From positions 4,340,001 to 4,404,000 of the forward strand of contig NC_091995.1 in NCBI RefSeq assembly GCF_044704955.1: DNA of 64,000 nt. Reading direction: 5' to 3'. The notes beneath the pieces are model-generated. The model made no database searches, was not told where the DNA came from, and saw only the letters and a program-made list of their open reading frames with translations. Origin of the DNA: Pristiophorus japonicus. Its lineage: Eukaryota. A program made the position numbers and the translations under genes. Below are positions 61,942 through 64,000 of this stretch, in pieces; positions within the stretch are counted from its first letter, which is position 1, and every line of letters starts with the position of its first letter.

Positions 61942-63089
61942 TACCAGAGTGAGCTGTGAGCTGCAGGAACCCGGGGACCTTGCTGCCTGTAATATTGCTC
62001 CACAGGCGGAAGGTGGCGCTACACCGCCGTGTCTCAAGTGGATTGCCGCTGTCCGGGTCACTCCAGCTGCTTTCCCACAATGGCCATTGGCCACACTTCC
62101 CCAGGGGCCGCCAGCTTCACTCACTCTCGGAAGGAGCCAGATGGAGCTTCCTTGAATGAACAATTCCTGAATCTGTTCAGCGACCCGTCTGTGTGAGATT
62201 CAGAGTCTGAAATAGAAAAGCACGCGTCCAGTGACAATGATCTTGTCAATGGTGAGTTCTGAGCCCAACCTCATCAGATCTGTCTCATTTTAATCGGTGT
62301 TTAACTGCAGAGCAGAGGGGCGCTGCAGGGTGAGTGAAGGCGGCTGAAGAGCGGGAGGGGGGAGCTCGGGGAACGCCTCAGAGCCCCGGGAAAGACCGGC
62401 TTTAGAAAGGTCCAGAGTCCAAATCCATCGGTGGGGGTTCCCGGGGACACTTGGAGACATTTGCCGAGAGTCAGTCCGCCTCTGAGGGTAAGTCCGCGGG
62501 CCGGATGAACCTGTTCCAGGGTCTGATCCCACACCCCTGCTGTAAACAGATGTTTCCCCTCACCATCCAGATGCTGTCACTTTTTCCCATTTGCTCCTCA
62601 CAGCAGCGGACATCTGGGGCATTACCAGAAACCTCAGTGGCTGTAATTTACTGACTGAATTCAATCTAGTCTCCTCCTACAATACTAAACTCTCTTTAAA
62701 TAGTAGATATTATCACAAAGACCAGAGGTTTACCGATTGAAATGACTGAAATATTTAGCTGAAATTAAACAGTGGTGTGAGACACTGAAATATGGCAAAG
62801 TCTAACGGAGTGATCTATATAAAAATAGTTGCCACGCTAAAGTTACCAGCGGCTCAGTTGACCCTGGTGAGATTATCTGGAGATGCAGTATATAAATCAG
62901 TGGAGTTTAGCCTCAAATCCCTGGGCTGGGAACTCCCACCCTCCCTTTGGCAATTAATGGGCAGGGCTGGGGGAGTGAGTGGGGCCTGGGCGCGGTCCAT
63001 CTATTTCACCGGCCATTGGATTTCCTACCACACACGGACTGGTGAATTGAAATGAAATTGAAAGGTCAGAATTACTCCAGTTTTAAATA

Positions 63090-63215
63090 CAAAAACAAAA
63101 TACTGCTGATGCTGGAAATCTGAAATATCATAAAATGCTAGAAACACTCAGCAGGTCAGGCGGTATCTGTGGAGACACAAACAGAGTTAATGTTTCAGAT
63201 CAATAACCTTTCAAA
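63090..63215 (-). mobile_element. Penelope-like pLTR fragment
   Basis: GATGCTGGAAATCTG...ACTCAGCAGGTCAGGC...CTGTGGAG...GTTAATGTTTCAG; related fragments at 16440-16545 and 36405-36505. Confidence 0.6.
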
Positions 63216-63314
63216 TATTGGGACTCGGTCTTTACTGAAATGTGACTGCCGAGCAGCAGAAACCTTCTGTGCTATCCCAGGTATGTCCTAGGTTCGGGGA
63301 ATGGGAGTTGGAGG

Positions 63315-64000
63315 GAGCGGGCAGTGATGGGGAGAGCGAGAGGGGGCTGTGATGGGGAGAGGGAGGGGGCAGTGATCGGGAGAGGGATGGGGCAGTGATG
63401 GGGAGAGGAAGGAGGCAGTGTTGGGGAGCAGGAGGGTTGGCGATGAGGAGAGGGAGGGGTGGTGATGGGGAGAGGAAGGGGGCAGTGATGGGGAGAGAGA
63501 GGGGCAGTGATGGGGAGAGGGAGGGGGCAGTGATGGGGAGAGGGAGGGGGCAGTGATGGGGAGAGGGAGGGGTGGTGATGGGGAGAGGGAGGGGTGGTGA
63601 TGGGGAGAGGGAGAGGCAGTGATGGGGAGAGGGAGGGTGCAGTGATGGGGAGAGGGAGGGGGCAGTGATTGGGAGAGGGAGGGGCCAGTGATGGGGAGAG
63701 GGAGGGGACAGTGATGGGGAGAGGGAGAGGTGGTGATGGGGAGAGGGAGGGGCAGTGATGGGTGGTGATGGGGAGAGGGAGGGGCAGTGATGGGGAGAGG
63801 GAGGGGGCAGTGATGGGGAGAGGGAGGGGCCAGTGATGGGGAGAGGGTGGGGGAAATGATGGGGAGAGGGAGGGGGCAGTGATGGGGAGAGGTAGGGGCC
63901 AGTGATGAGGAGAGGGAGGGGGCAATGATGGGGAGAGGGAAGGGCAGTGATCGGGAGAGGTAGAGGGCAGTGATCGGGAGAGGGAGGGGGCAGTGATGGG
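63315..64000. repeat. 23-bp G-rich minisatellite (CAGTGATGGGGAGAGGGAGGGGG)n
   Basis: Directly visible; continues beyond the window end. Confidence 0.95.

Noticed and set aside
63272-63925. 217-aa Pro-rich ORF
   Set aside because: Translation of the 23-bp minisatellite.

Overview
Vertebrate genomic DNA, very probably from a shark or other cartilaginous fish: CR1/HER1-type LINEs with (ACATAGAA)n/(TAAGAACA)n tails, DeuSINE fragments and shark-type TRIM genes. It appears to be MHC-linked. The first coding exon of PFDN6 (-, 756-819) is at the left edge, and an ATF6B-like first exon with a CCAAT/CpG promoter lies at 46.0-46.6 kb; a truncated copy of that promoter is at 17.7 kb. Between them is a birth-and-death cluster of RING/B-box/coiled-coil/B30.2 TRIM genes: one intact six-exon gene (-, 30363-34107, 470 aa), three decayed RING-less remnants, two orphan B30.2 exons and an inverted copy of the TRIM upstream region. 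Most of the rest is transposon-derived: CR1, L2, RTE, Tx1, nested Mag-type Gypsy elements, solo LTRs, Harbinger/hAT-like elements, SINEs and G/C-rich minisatellites. Top candidates for novelty are (i) a phase-compatible ATF6B-exon-1::B30.2 chimeric gene and (ii) a duplicated 16-codon upstream mini-exon that could give a RING-less TRIM isoform or act as a uORF. Family assignments come from motif recognition without database searches, and transposon boundaries are approximate unless a TSD is quoted.
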